NCBI GenBank assembly: GCA_010015805.1 | Contig: ML978132.1 | Coordinates: 558,001 to 622,000, forward strand | Reading direction: 5' to 3' | Length of the DNA: 64,000 bases | From: Rhizodiscina lignyota | Taxonomy: Eukaryota | Shown here: in pieces, positions 12,380-25,100 of the stretch | Position numbering within the stretch: position 1 is the stretch's first letter | Layout of the letters: every line of letters starts with the position of its first letter | Notes under the pieces: generated by a model | What the model was told of the DNA's origin: nothing | What the model saw: only the letters and a program-made list of their open reading frames with translations | The model's database searches: none | Made by a program: the position numbers and the translations under genes

Positions 12380-13384
12380 ATGCGCTACTTCGCCGGTTCG
12401 TCAGTCGTGATGGCCAGTAGCATTCTATGTGGTATCTTTATGCGAAATCTGAGCCCTCGGAATAGTCTGAATAAAACTGACCACTACCTAGGATAAGGCG
12501 CTCGAATATTCTGTAGACGAGCAGAAGTTAAGCTGAGAATCACAGCCTCAAGTAAAGCGCTAACTCGAATAGGGAAATTCTATAAATAACTCTCCCACCC
12601 GTTCAGTGAAGCGCAATTTGCATCTCAACTTTCCATCAAAGTTAAGGCAAGTTTCTGCAAGGCCTTACTAGACACATTAGGTTGAAGATGTGATTCCACG
12701 ATTCTCCGTGCTGAGAGGGACATCCAATACCTTGTCGTACATCGTATCGAGGAACCTCTCTCGACAACCTCATTAAGTAGCAACCTGCTTGGGAATGGGC
12801 TCTCTTCGGCCATGTGAGCCTCATACTATACCTCAGAAGGCGTTCCAAGAGCACTGAGAATGATGTGGCGCTACAGCAGGATCCTACCTACGAATATCTG
12901 GACAGACGATTAGCCACAGAGACACCACGGCTATCGCATTGCTTTTTGCCATGACTAGATGGATTCTGGCGCTCCTCGTGACCTTTCCGAAAGAAAAAGA
13001 AACAGAATTCAGTGGCGTTTTCTACGCCCAACCGTGACGTAGCAAGAAATGCGCTTCCCGAACCGCCAAAAGGCTGCGTGACAATTCTGTAAGTATGCCT
13101 GACAGCCTTGAACGGTACTCGTCCGTCGAATGAAGATGTTCCAAACTGGCGAGGCTCTATCCCGCGTCCGATGTGCTGTTCGTATCTTTGGATGCAGCGA
13201 GGCTGAAGATTCGACTAAAGTATAAGAGAAGGAGACATTTCCAGTCGATTTTGATCCAAGACCTTCTTCTATCCTACTGCACGTCTTCTCCCATGAAAGA
13301 GAGCTTCCTTCGCTTCGATCTCCCAGATTGTACGCACGTACACTGTCAATTTACCCGCGACGACACCAACATTGCCATTTCAGG

Positions 13385-13819
13385 ATGGATCCGAGAACGG
13401 ATCTCGAGCTTTACCGAAACATGCAAGATGCTCTTGGCGGCCTCCAGATAACCGAGAGAAATGGTCTCCTGCAGTTATCATTGAACAAGTCCACGGTCGC
13501 CAACACCATCAATACCTTCCAACGAACCGGCGAGGTCGAGATTGCCTATAACTTTCATGGCAACGACGGAAGCGTCTGGTTGCATGACGCAGCATTCGAA
13601 GACACCTGCAGGAGGTGCGGCACTTTCGTGGGAGTAGATGAACTCGCAGATCACGATACCTTCACGCAATACTGCTCGACGCACAGAATGTGCTTCGCAA
13701 AGTGGGGGGAACACAACAAATTACTTGCGCATACGTCTTGTGACTTCTGCACTCAGATGACGTTTAGAAACGACAAGGATTACAAGAAGCATTTTGCTAA
13801 ATTTCATGCGGGCAAGTGA
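13385..13819 (+). CDS. small orphan protein with C-terminal C2H2-like zinc ligands
   Basis: 144-aa ORF with CRRC...H, CSTH..C...H....H and CDFC-x13-H-x4-H; TATAAG box at ~13221. Confidence 0.55.
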   Translation: MDPRTDLELYRNMQDALGGLQITERNGLLQLSLNKSTVANTINTFQRTGEVEIAYNFHGNDGSVWLHDAAFEDTCRRCGTFVGVDELADHDTFTQYCSTHRMCFAKWGEHNKLLAHTSCDFCTQMTFRNDKDYKKHFAKFHAGK

Positions 13820-14757
13820 AATAGTGGAGGAAGAAGTGACCGAGTAGCAGACTTCGGTGCACCATAGAGATCGGTGATGAGTGAGCTGGTTGTTCTTGTG
13901 TAGAATGAGGAGGGCGGACATGTTTGCAAAGTGTGATTATTGGGCGGAACTGATGAGATCGATTGGCTGGAGCGATAGAGAACCTAGATCCAGCAACTTC
14001 CAGCGAGGTTGGATCAGAATCAGATCTCAAAGTCTTTGTTTAGTGGAAATACGAAACAAGTGAAATTTTCTACGTCGAAAGCAATCAAAAGGAGAGAAAG
14101 AATGCCGACGAAGACAAAGCTCAAATAGAGACGGATGTTGTGCCTCCATGGAATTTGATACTCCAATGCCGCGTCGAATCGAAGCGCCTTTCGATGAGAA
14201 GAGTACAGTGATAAACAAAGTCTTCAAAGTGAACCTTGCAGAATACGAATTGAGCGACGGTTATATTTTCAATAAAAACGCCTTGCAATGTTGTTTTGAG
14301 ATCTTCTTGGAGAACTCGGCTATGTATTTCACGCCTGGGTTCCCCATGGGGCTATCTTAACGCCCGAATAATCCCCTGTATGAACTTACGGAACTCCTGC
14401 CGTTCTCCGCTGAGAACAGCATGGAGATCCATCCCTCACGACTTACACTGATAAGTGGAACACTGCAACTGAGTGGAGTGCCAGGAGACATGCGGCAAGA
14501 CGGGTATCAAAAAATAGTACTACTTCCATATTGGGCTTAGCATCTGCCTAATATGGCACAAGTATAGCCGTTCGAACAGGCCGATGCCGCAAACTCAACT
14601 CTGTCTGTTTTCCGTGGGCTTGCGGGAATGTGCGGGGTTTACCAAGGTGTGCGAAGGTTTCTTTACCGCCGTGACCTGCTAGGAAGATAATATAAGATGA
14701 GGCTTGAAGGGCCGGTCGTGGCCCGGAATGCCATGAGACACTGCATTGCTCGCCGAC

Positions 14758-16519
14758 ATGAGGATATATAGATCGCAGGACAAGGATATCGATCTCCCTC
14801 ATCTCGATGTGTTGACCTTCTTATTCGGTGAGTAGCATCTGACTTCAGCTTTATGAATATATCGCGACTCAGACAAAATGCTCAGATTCGAGTTGGGGTC
14901 GAGCGAAAGAGGACACGAAAATCCATGTCGAGGCTGCAAACCCAGCAAATTACATCACCAAGGCCGAAGCCCGCGACTTGGTTAAACGCACAGCGTATGT
15001 GCTGCGGCATCGTTTTGGTATTGGTGCTTTAGGAGATGGAAAGGATGCTGTCGTTAGCACGAGTGCGGGGACTCCATTCCTGCCGATAATGTTTTATTCC
15101 ATCATTGCCGCCGGCGGCATTTATAGCGGTGCATCCACAGCCTTCACAACAGGCGAGCTTGTGAGACAGGTCAAAGATGCGGACGCCAAGTTGCTCGTGT
15201 GCACTGAAGAGCATCAGCGAAACACGGTGGAGGCGGCCAGGCAATGTGGCATCCCACTTGATCGGGTTCTGGTGATTGATAGCTCGATCCCGAAGAATTG
15301 GAAACTCAGATGCGTAGTTGATGGATCAGATGTTCTGGAGTACGGCCGTGGCAGAATGCTTGACTGGCGAAGAGTCACAGACCTGAAAGAACTTCAAACC
15401 ACGACGGCCTGCCTGCTCTACTCCTCCGGTACAACCGGCCTTCCCAAGGGCGTCAGAATCTCCAACTGGAACCTGACGGTATGTAACCCTTGCTGTATGC
15501 AAGTAGGTGAGCGTCTCAAGGCCAAGCGCGAGGCAGAAGGACGGCCGTTTGTCTTTAGCACAATTGCGAATCTCCCCATGGCGCACATTGCTGGAGTCTG
15601 TTGGTATGCTTTAAATCCATTCTACCTGGGCGGTACCTCATACTGGATGCGAAAGTACGACTTTGACGCTTTCATCGAATACAGTCGCCGTTATCGAACA
15701 ACTGTCCAGATGAGCGTACCACCTATATGGCTACGGGTTGCGAAGAGTCCCAAGGTGACTGATCACTTTGATAGCCTTGAGGTCGCATGTGCTGGTGCTG
15801 CGCCCATGGGCAAGGAACTTGCTGAGGAAGTGAGCAGGAAGCTGGGCAAGGGCAACACATACATCGTACAATTCTGGGGAGCTACTGAAGCAACTGGCTC
15901 AATTACCGGAGTCGACTGGACTGTCGTGGACAAGACAGGGAGCGTAGGGGGCCCCTTTCCCAACGTCACCCTTCGGCTCGTTGATGATGACAACCGAGAC
16001 GTCGAGCCTGGTCAACCTGGTGAGCTCCTTGTGGCAGGGCCGATAGTTGCGCAAGGATATCACAACAGACCAGAAGCCACTCGGGAGACGTTTGCTGATG
16101 GATTCTATCGGTCTGGTGACATCGGTGTATACAAGGATGGAATGTTCTGGATCGTAGATCGGAAGAAAGAATTCATCAAGTACAAAGGTCTGCAGGTGGC
16201 ACCGGCAGAAGTGGAGGCTCTTCTCATCTCGCATCCAAAGATCACCGATGCAGCTGTTATTGGCATTCAGGATGACGAGCAGGCTACAGAGGTACCGCGG
16301 GCATACGTTGTTTGTCAAACGCAGGCAGATGGTAACACTGACGGCAAACTTCCAACCGCCCAGGAAGTCAAAGACTTTGTAAAGGCCAATCTCTCGTCCC
16401 ACAAGCAACTGCGTGGAGGCGTCATTTTCGTCGACGAGATACCAAAAAGTCCGTCTGGCAAGATATTGAGGAAAGAATTAAGAGCTAGAGCAAAGAAGGA
16501 GCCGAGAGCTAGGCTTTGA
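14758..16519 (+). CDS. 4-coumarate-CoA ligase-like acyl-CoA synthetase, peroxisomal
   Basis: LLYSSGTTGLPKGV AMP-binding motif, YRSGD, IVDRKKEFIKYKG, PKSPSGKILRK; C-terminal ARL (PTS1-type); intron 14828-14885. Confidence 0.92.
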
Positions 16520-17512
16520 TGTATTCGTCTTCCTTGGAGTTGGCAGAAGTGAGGGTAGAAGATAGCGAAAGATAGAATGCATTTGTGTCTGCGTCCATAA
16601 TCCACCAATGCAGCTTTGTCAGAACCTACTCCCTGATGTTTCAAAGCATCATTTGGTGGCGCAGACGGGAAGGCTTTCCGAGGAAGAGTTTGAAATGAAA
16701 CCGCACGGGGATATTTCCAGCTGGCGTCATAAATTTTCCGTAGACGCGATAGACGCGTGAGAATGATGCTTCGAAGAAAAAGAAGGCCCAAAGGTGATGT
16801 TATTAATCCAATGATATAGGCAGACGCGCTCTGCTGGGATAGTTGAAAGCATAAACGCGGTGGGAAAGCTTATAGACATGCTGGTCATAGTACTGGAAGC
16901 ACCCCTGGAGCGTGTCCACATTCTTGTCTTTTCGGAGGCCGAAAGGCGTGCACGAGATGCTGAGAGCACACGTGAAAAGGCAGACGTAACGTTTGTCTAA
17001 GGCTCCGCGGCGGTGAGAGCGAGATGTCACGCTTGCGATGTATGTAAGAGGGATGGAGCAGCTATGTATAAAGAAGGGGCTCGCGGCATTACGTTGCGCG
17101 GAGGTTTGCGGCGAGCCGCACGTGTCGCTGGGTCAGGGGGAACTCGAGCCAAAGGCGAGTGGAAACGTGCACCACCAAACTCAAAGAAATGCCCCAGACC
17201 AGCTCGTCTCCTTCTCATCCCAACAACTTCCATCAACACCACGCTTTCCTGCGCGCCGTCCGCTGCAGGCTGCCCTCTACCGTCTGCATGTCGCTTTCCG
17301 GGCTGAAGTGACCCTTCTTTTGTTGTAGTTGCGGGAGTTTCTTAGGCCTTTGAATTCTTTGACCCGGGGGGTATTCTGCATATCTTTTCTTCGCCGGTTC
17401 TGGCTATCGGCCACCCTTTCAGACCGATAAACGCCGCGGGCTCGTCTTCGACACCGACAGCAACCACTGTCAACGACGTTGAACGTGCCTGCCTACCTCC
17501 GCCCCCGACACC

Positions 17513-20500
17513 ATGGCTTCGATATACGATGTCGGGACGCGCGCCTGGCAGCCGGACCCGACGGAGGGATGGGTTGCGTCAGAGCTGGAGGAGAAGCTGG
17601 TGGATGGGGACAAAGTGAAGCTGATATTCAAGCTGGCAAACGGAGAGGTATGCAAAAGCCCGGCGGCCTGCGTTGCGTTGGACCCTCTGTTTGGTATCAT
17701 TGCGGCACATGATGCCCTGGAGCCCTTCAAAACTGCACCGCGTCACGTTTTGATCTTTTGCTAATGCGACGCGACATTATACAGACAAAAACAGTTGCGA
17801 CCACTGTCGCCGCGCTGAATGACCATAACAACTCTTCTCTTCCTCCACTCATGAATCCAGCAATGCTGGAGGCGAGCGATGACCTTACGAACCTCTCACA
17901 TCTTAACGAGCCTGCCGGTACGCACTACATGGACCTTGTAAATCATTTTAGAACAGACATATACTAACTAACAGAAAAGTCCTGCAGGCGATTAAGCTTC
18001 GATATGCGCAGAAAGAAATTTACACATACTCCGGTATCGTCCTGATCGCCACGAATCCCTTCGCACGCGTCGACTCTCTCTACGTCCCCGGCATGGTACA
18101 AGTCTACGCGGGAAAGCAGAGATCATCACAAGCACCACATTTATTCGCGATTGCGGAGGAAGCTTTCTCGTAGGTGCTATCATACACGTCATGTGGAGAC
18201 AGGGACTGACCCAAGGTGCAGGGACATGCTGCGAGACCAAAAGAACCAAACCATCGTCGTTTCTGGTGAATCTGGTGCCGGTAAGACGGTCAGCGCGAAA
18301 TACATAATGCGATACTTTGCCACGCGAGAAGCCCCAGAAAAGACCACCACAAGGAAGAAGGGCGATGCTATGAGCGAGACCGAAGAACAGATTTTGGCCA
18401 CGAATCCCATCATGGAGGCGTTTGGCAACGCGAAGACAACGCGAAACGATAATTCTTCCCGATTCGGAAAATACATCGAGATCATGTTCAATCCCCAGAC
18501 TGATATCATTGGCGCGAAGATACGTACATACTTGCTGGAGCGTTCGAGATTGGTGTTTCAACCTGTGAAGGAGAGAAATTACCACATTTTCTACCAATTG
18601 GTGGCTGGTGCGACAGACACTGAGAGAGAAGAGTTGAGCTTGCTTCCTGTGGAGGAGTTCAATTACCTCAACCAGGGAAGCGCACCAGTAATCGATGGAG
18701 TAGATGACAAGGCAGAATTCGACGCAACGCGCGCCTCACTTACCACAATCGGTGTCTCCGTCAGTAGACAGGCTCAAATCTTCAGGATCCTGGCCGCCCT
18801 TCTGCACCTTGGAAACGTCAATATCACTGCCACGAGAAATGACTCGAGTCTCGCATCCGATGAACCCAACCTGTTGAAAGCAGCTTCGCTTCTGGGTATC
18901 AATCCAGCGAATTTTGCAAAATGGACAGTCAAGAAGCAGCTTATCACTCGCGGAGAGAAGATTATGTCAAATCTGACACAAGCTCAAGCGATCGTTGTTC
19001 GAGATTCAGTTGCAAAGTTCATATACTCAAGTCTCTTCGATTGGCTCGTGGAGAACATCAACCAGAGCTTGGCCACCGAAGAGGTGCTCAGTCATGCGCA
19101 CTCCTTTATTGGTGTGCTCGACATCTACGGTTTCGAGCATTTCGCGAAGAACTCTTTCGAACAGTTCTGCATCAACTACGCCAACGAGAAGCTGCAGCAG
19201 GAGTTCAACCAGCATGTCTTCAAGCTCGAGCAGGAGGAGTACCTGCGGGAGCAGATCGACTGGACTTTTATCGACTTTTCTGACAACCAACCCTGTATTG
19301 ACCTCATCGAAGGCAAGCTTGGTATCCTGTCTCTCCTGGACGAGGAGTCTCGGTTGCCAATGGGCTCTGACGAACAGTTCGTGACCAAACTGCACCACAA
19401 TTTCGCGGGCGACAAGCAGAGGTTCTACAAGAAACCTCGATTTGGAAAATCGGCGTTCACAGTGTGCCATTATGCCATTGATGTCACCTATGAGAGCGAA
19501 GGTTTCATTGAGAAGAATAGAGATACTGTGCCGGACGAACATATGGAAGTTCTCAAGGCGTCATCAAATGCATTCCTTGGAGAGGTGCTGGAAGCTGCAT
19601 CGACAATAAGAGAAAAGGAGACGGCAGCCGTTGGCCAGAAAGCAGGAGCAATGGCGTCGTCTGGCCGAAGAATAGGTGTCGCCGTCAATCGAAAACCCAC
19701 CCTTGGCGGTATCTTCAAGTCATCCCTCATCGAACTCATGAACACTATCAACTCTACCGACGTCCACTACATCCGCTGCATCAAGCCTAACGAGGCCAAA
19801 GAGGCGTGGAAGTTTGAAGGCCCGATGGTCCTGAGTCAGCTGCGCGCTTGCGGTGTTCTCGAAACCGTTCGTATCAGCTGTGCAGGATATCCGACGAGAT
19901 GGACATATGAAGAATTTGCCCTCCGCTACTACATGCTCGTCCACTCCACCCAGTGGACCCCGGAGATTAGAGCGATGGCAGACGCGATTCTGTCCAAGGC
20001 GCTCGGCACCGGCAAAGCAGGGCAGGACAAGTACCAGCTTGGTCTGACGAAAATTTTCTTCCGCGCTGGTATGCTTGCGTTCTTGGAAAATCTCCGGACA
20101 TCACGTCTCAATGCAGCGGCGATCATGATCCAGAAGAACCTTCGCGCAAGATTTTACCGCAAGAGGTACCTCGAAGCTCGCGACTCCATCATTGAATTCC
20201 AATCGCAAGTACGAGCCCACCTGGCGCGTCTGCGCGCAGACGAGGCGCGGCGGATCAAAGCAGCGTCCACAATTCAGCGCGTGTGGCGTGGCCAGAAGGA
20301 GCGCAAAAAATACACCCAAATCCGAAACAATGTCATCCTCTTCCAGTCCTTCGCCAAGGGCTTCCTCTGCAGGAAACACCTCTTGGATACTCGCATGGGC
20401 AACGCTGCCCTCCTCATCCAGCGGAACTGGCGATCACGCAAACAGCTCAAAGCATGGAGGCAGTACAGGAAGAAGGTTGTCATCATTCAGAGTCTCTGGC

Positions 20501-22575
20501 GTGGCAAGAAGGCCCGCTATGCTTACAAGGGACTTCGCGAGGAGGCGCGCGATCTCAAACAGATCTCGTACAAGCTGGAGAACAAGGTTGTGGAGCTCAC
20601 ACAATCTCTGGGTACGATGAAGCGCGAGAACAAGGCCCTTCAGGGCCAGGTGGAGAACTACGAGAGTCAGCTCAAGAGCTGGAAGAACAGGCACAATGCT
20701 CTCGAGTCGCGTACGAAGGAGCTGCAAGCCGAAGCCAACCAGGCCGGAATCAACGCCGCGAGACTCTCGGCAATGGAGGCCGAGTTCAAGAGGCTGCAGA
20801 CCAACTACGAGGAGAGCAATACAAATATGAAGCGGCTACAAGAGGAAGAGAAGGCTCTGAGACAGACGTTGAGACAAACCAACGACGAGTTGACACAAGC
20901 GAAACAGCGCAGCAGTCACTACGAAAGCGAGAAGCTCTCATTACGACAGCAGCTGGCAGACCTGCAAGATCAATTGGAGCTTGCCAAGCGGTCTGGTCCA
21001 ATCAATGGAGAGCTTACCAATGGTACTACTGCACATGTTCCACCATCAGGTCTTATCAATCTCGTCTCGTCCAGGAAGCCTAAGAGGAGAAGTGCTGGTC
21101 CTGAAAGGATCGAGGTCGATCGGTTCAGCGCAGGATATAACCCACGTCCAGTCTCGATGGCCGTCACGACTAGCGGACACAAGTCGAATCTCTCAGGCTC
21201 CAACTTTGGCCCTGTTGAGAATATTGAGGCCGAGTTTGACTCCATCTTGTCTGACGAAGACACTCTCAATGAAGAAGTCACAATGGGTCTCATCAGGAAC
21301 GTCAAGATCCCGACACCAGGGTCCACGCCGCCGCCCAGTGACAAGGAGGTCCTCTTCCCCGCCTACCTCATCAACCTTGTCACATCTGAGATGTGGAATA
21401 ACGGCTTCGTCAAGGAGTCTGAGCGCTTCTTGGCCAATGTCATGCAGTCTGTCCAGCAAGAGGTCATGCAGCATGATGGCGATGAGGCAATCAACCCCGG
21501 TGCCTTCTGGCTCTCGAACGTCCATGAGATGCTGTCGTTCGTCTTCCTGGCGGAGGACTGGTATGAGCAGCAGAAGACGGAGAACTACGAGTACGACAGG
21601 CTGCTTGAGATTGTCAAGCACGATCTTGAGAGCTTGGAGTTCAACATCTATCACACGTGGATGAAGGTGTTGAAGAAGAAGCTGCACAAGATGATTGTAC
21701 CGGCCATTATTGAATCGCAGTCACTGCCAGGTTTCGTTACGAACGAGAACACCAGATTCCTCGGCAAACTCCTGTCATCAAGCAATACCCCAGCGTACAG
21801 CATGGACAATCTCCTCAGTCTGCTGAATGGCGTCTACAAAGCCATGAAGGCATACTACCTCGAAGATTCCATCATCCAACAGACCGTCACAGAACTGCTC
21901 CGCCTTGTTGGCGTCACCGCCTTCAACGATCTTCTCATGCGCCGCAATTTCCTCTCCTGGAAGCGTGGCCTCCAGATCAATTACAATATCACACGCATTG
22001 AGGAATGGTGCAAGTCGCATGACATGCCCGAAGGCACCCTGCAGCTTGAGCATCTCATGCAAGCCACCAAGCTCCTGCAGCTCAAGAAGGCCACACTCAA
22101 CGACATTGAGATCATTCAGGACATTTGCTGGATGCTGAGCCCGAACCAGATCCAGAAGCTGCTGAATCAGTATCTCGTCGCGGACTACGAGCAGCCGATT
22201 AATGGCGAGATCATGAAGGCAGTGGCCAGCAGGGTCACGGAGAAGAGCGATGTCCTACTGCTGCAGGCAGTCGATATGGAGGATAGTGGGCCTTACGAGA
22301 TTGCGGAGCCAAGGGTCATCACGGCGTTGGAGACCTATACGCCCTCTTGTAAGTTTTTGCCTACTAAATTTATACGATCCCAAGAGCTAATCTTCACCTT
22401 CCCAGGGCTCCAAACCCCACACCTCAAGCGTCTCGCCGAGATCGTCTCCGCCCAGGCAATGCAGCAGCAAGAGAAGGAGGAGCTGGAGAACGGCAACGGC
22501 ACGAATGGCCACACTGAAGGCGGACCCAACGGCCTTGGCCTCGCAGTCCCGCAGGAGGTTGATGGCGAACAGTAG
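17513..22575 (+). CDS. MYO2: class V myosin heavy chain
   Basis: GESGAGKT P-loop, NDNSSRFGK, DIYGFE, IQ repeats, coiled coil and DIL domain; 4 introns. Confidence 0.98.
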
Positions 22576-22738
22576 CCTTCCCGAATGTTTATTTAAGCAA
22601 AGCAAATCTGGCCTCTTGTCCCACGACAGAGCATACATGTAGAATTAATCTTTTGGTTTGGCGTGGGAGAGAGAACGAACGCTGGACGCGTTCCTTCTTT
22701 CTTCCCCTCTTGAAGCGAGTACGAACTGGCCCGTTGGG

Positions 22739-22969
22739 TTAATCTTGAACTTCTGTTTTCTTGGTGCTTAATTTTGCTTTCGAACTGGGGAAGTTTGATG
22801 GGAACGTGAAAGAGGAATTTTGTAGCATTGTTGAGCTTCTTTTTGCATATGGATGGTATGAGCGATGGCCCCGCGAGGGGTCCTGATTTGAACCCTTTTC
22901 ATTCTGAGACTTGCTTTCGACCTTTTCTTTGGGCGCCGGCAGTGATTGAGCCGTGTAAATTTCGGACAT
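22739..22969 (-). CDS. possible small basic protein with RxYHPY motif
   Basis: 76-aa ORF containing HRSYHPYAKR (PY-NLS-like); no other support. Confidence 0.25.
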   Translation of the reverse strand: MSEIYTAQSLPAPKEKVESKSQNEKGSNQDPSRGHRSYHPYAKRSSTMLQNSSFTFPSNFPSSKAKLSTKKTEVQD

Positions 22970-23214
22970 ATGGTCAAGGCGCTGGGAGTCTTGGGATTTC
23001 TGGGTTCAAGATTGTTGTTTCAGTAAGTAGGATCACAGGATCCAATGCCTTGAGGCAGAGTTTGCAAGAATAATATGCTTCCTTGTGTTGAATATCCCGT
23101 CACAGAAGGCTTCTGAAATTAAATACAGTGAAAATAAATGATAATGGAATGCTCCCGTGGAAGACGTAAGGCCTTTCCCGGAAAGCGAGAGAAGTGAAAG
23201 TAGCGACTGCGAAT

Positions 23215-25100
23215 CTAGGTCGCTTTGGTCGTGTCCCACACCACACTTCCACTTGAATCCTTAATCTGGATCCAGGGAGCCGTGTTAATGCACACCATCG
23301 TGTATCCCGAGCCCGAGGTGCCGGTGGAAAACTCCTCGGTACTTCCGAAGAAGGAGGCCAAGGTACCATCCGACGAGAACGTCAGCTTGCACTGATCCTG
23401 CGCTCCGGAGCCGCAGGATGAAACGGTATGATCGCTCGCCCATTGTACTGCATTGCTCTTCAGAACCACAATGTTGCTGTCGCCCTGGTACTGCATGATC
23501 ACGCCTTCTGACAGCACTGCGAACTGGGAGCCTTTCTCTGGAGTTACCGAGAGGTCGCCGGCCGCGAATGACACGGACGATGGCTTCGGAGTCGATGTGC
23601 ACAAGAAGTTGGTGATGTTGGACGAGGCCGCCACAAATCCGCTTTGAAGGTTGGCCGTGCCACTGACGCCAGCGGGGTAGTAAACCAGGGCGTCGTTGTC
23701 GTTGAACAGGTTCTGGATCTCGGTGCTGCAGCTCGAGGCATCTGCGAAGCTTGACCTTGGAGTCGTGACGCCCGAAACATCATTGCCGCTGATCTATTAA
23801 TTGTCAGTGGAGTGCTCACGAGCAGAATACGTGTTCAAAGTGTGGTAGTGGCACACGAGTGACCTTGTGTACTACGAATACGACTTCGGCAGTCATTCAA
23901 GTTGCGTGGGGGCAGTCTTCAAGCAAAGATAAAGAAATCAGTCTTACGGTGATCCCGTCTTCCCAACCATTCAATGCGATCGGGAAGGCGACGTTTCCAC
24001 TTATAGTGTTATCCTCAATGGTCGCAGGGCCTGTTCACGGTCAGCACTCACATGCCTTCCCGACCGAGACGTTGCACACTCACCGCTTAGGAAAGAGGGG
24101 TCATTGAAAGACCAGATGTACGCTCCAATACCAATTCCCTGTGATGTCAATGTTAGAAGGCGAAGCAATGTTGTTCGGGAGTTTTGGGTTGCCTCACGAG
24201 ATTGAACATCTTGCCGCCGATGATGGTGTTCTTTGTCACTTGAACGCCTGAGTAGCTACCGCTGTACTCATCGTCGACCATGTTGATTGCGCCAAAACCC
24301 AAATACTCTTCTGAGCCGTAAATCTAGATACATGTCAGCAACTCGACCATAGTAGAGGTGAGATGCATACAGTGTTCTCGGTTACAACCGTTCCGGGCGA
24401 GCCAAAGATGACAATCCCTCCATCGGTGGAACCATTGACTGTGTTGCTCTGGACCAACGTGTCTGCAACATATTTGTGAATATCTTGAAAGTCTTGTACG
24501 TCAGTGCTGCTTACCTGTGCAGTCAATGGAAAGGCCGTCCGCCCAGAGTCCATTCCCATTTGCATCCGTTCCGGATTGACCACACGGGCCCGACTCGTTG
24601 TTTGTCACGGTAACGTTACGGCATGGATTGCTGTTGTCTCCGGATCCGATGACGTGCAAGCAGCTCCAGCCGCGTGGGTTCCTTGTGACAACATGATCGA
24701 TGATTTGGCCGTTAGAAAGACCTCCCATCTCAACATTTGCGTCGCCGCCCGTCCATCCGGCGTTGGGACGGTTACCATCCAATTGAACGTTTCGCAGTCG
24801 AAGTCCATCCAGCTTTCCGGTGACAAGGTTGGAGGCCGAAGATCCTGGTGCAACGATGAGTGTTGCCCTTGAGTCGTCAGTTGGATAACCTTCGGTGGAC
24901 AGCTCCTGATCTGCCGCGGTGAATGTGACAGAGCCCGTGATAGTGATAACGGCGTTGGCGCATAGCTGAACTACGGCGCCCTGGCCTCCGGCAGAGAAGG
25001 CGTTGTTGATCGTAGTTTGGTCTCCTGAGCTGATGCACGCAGCGGAGGCAGACGCCGCTGCTGCGAGGAGAGGTAAAACCTGCTTCCGGAGAAAATGCAT
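23215..25100 (-). CDS. secreted parallel beta-helix protein with C-terminal bulb-type (B) lectin-like domain (multi-exon)
   Basis: Signal peptide; beta-helix-style strands (LRNVQLDG, VTVTNNESG, STDGGIVIFG); C-terminal QYQGDSNIVV...WAS and SGSVVW repeats. Confidence 0.75.

Noticed and set aside
14100..14520. Short ORF fragments as a gene or transposon relic
   Set aside because: No recognisable motif; the same applies to 25700-26900 and 34700-35450.
18189..22138. Long antisense and alternate-frame ORFs over MYO2 and other genes
   Set aside because: Shadow ORFs expected from GC-rich codon bias in real coding sequence.
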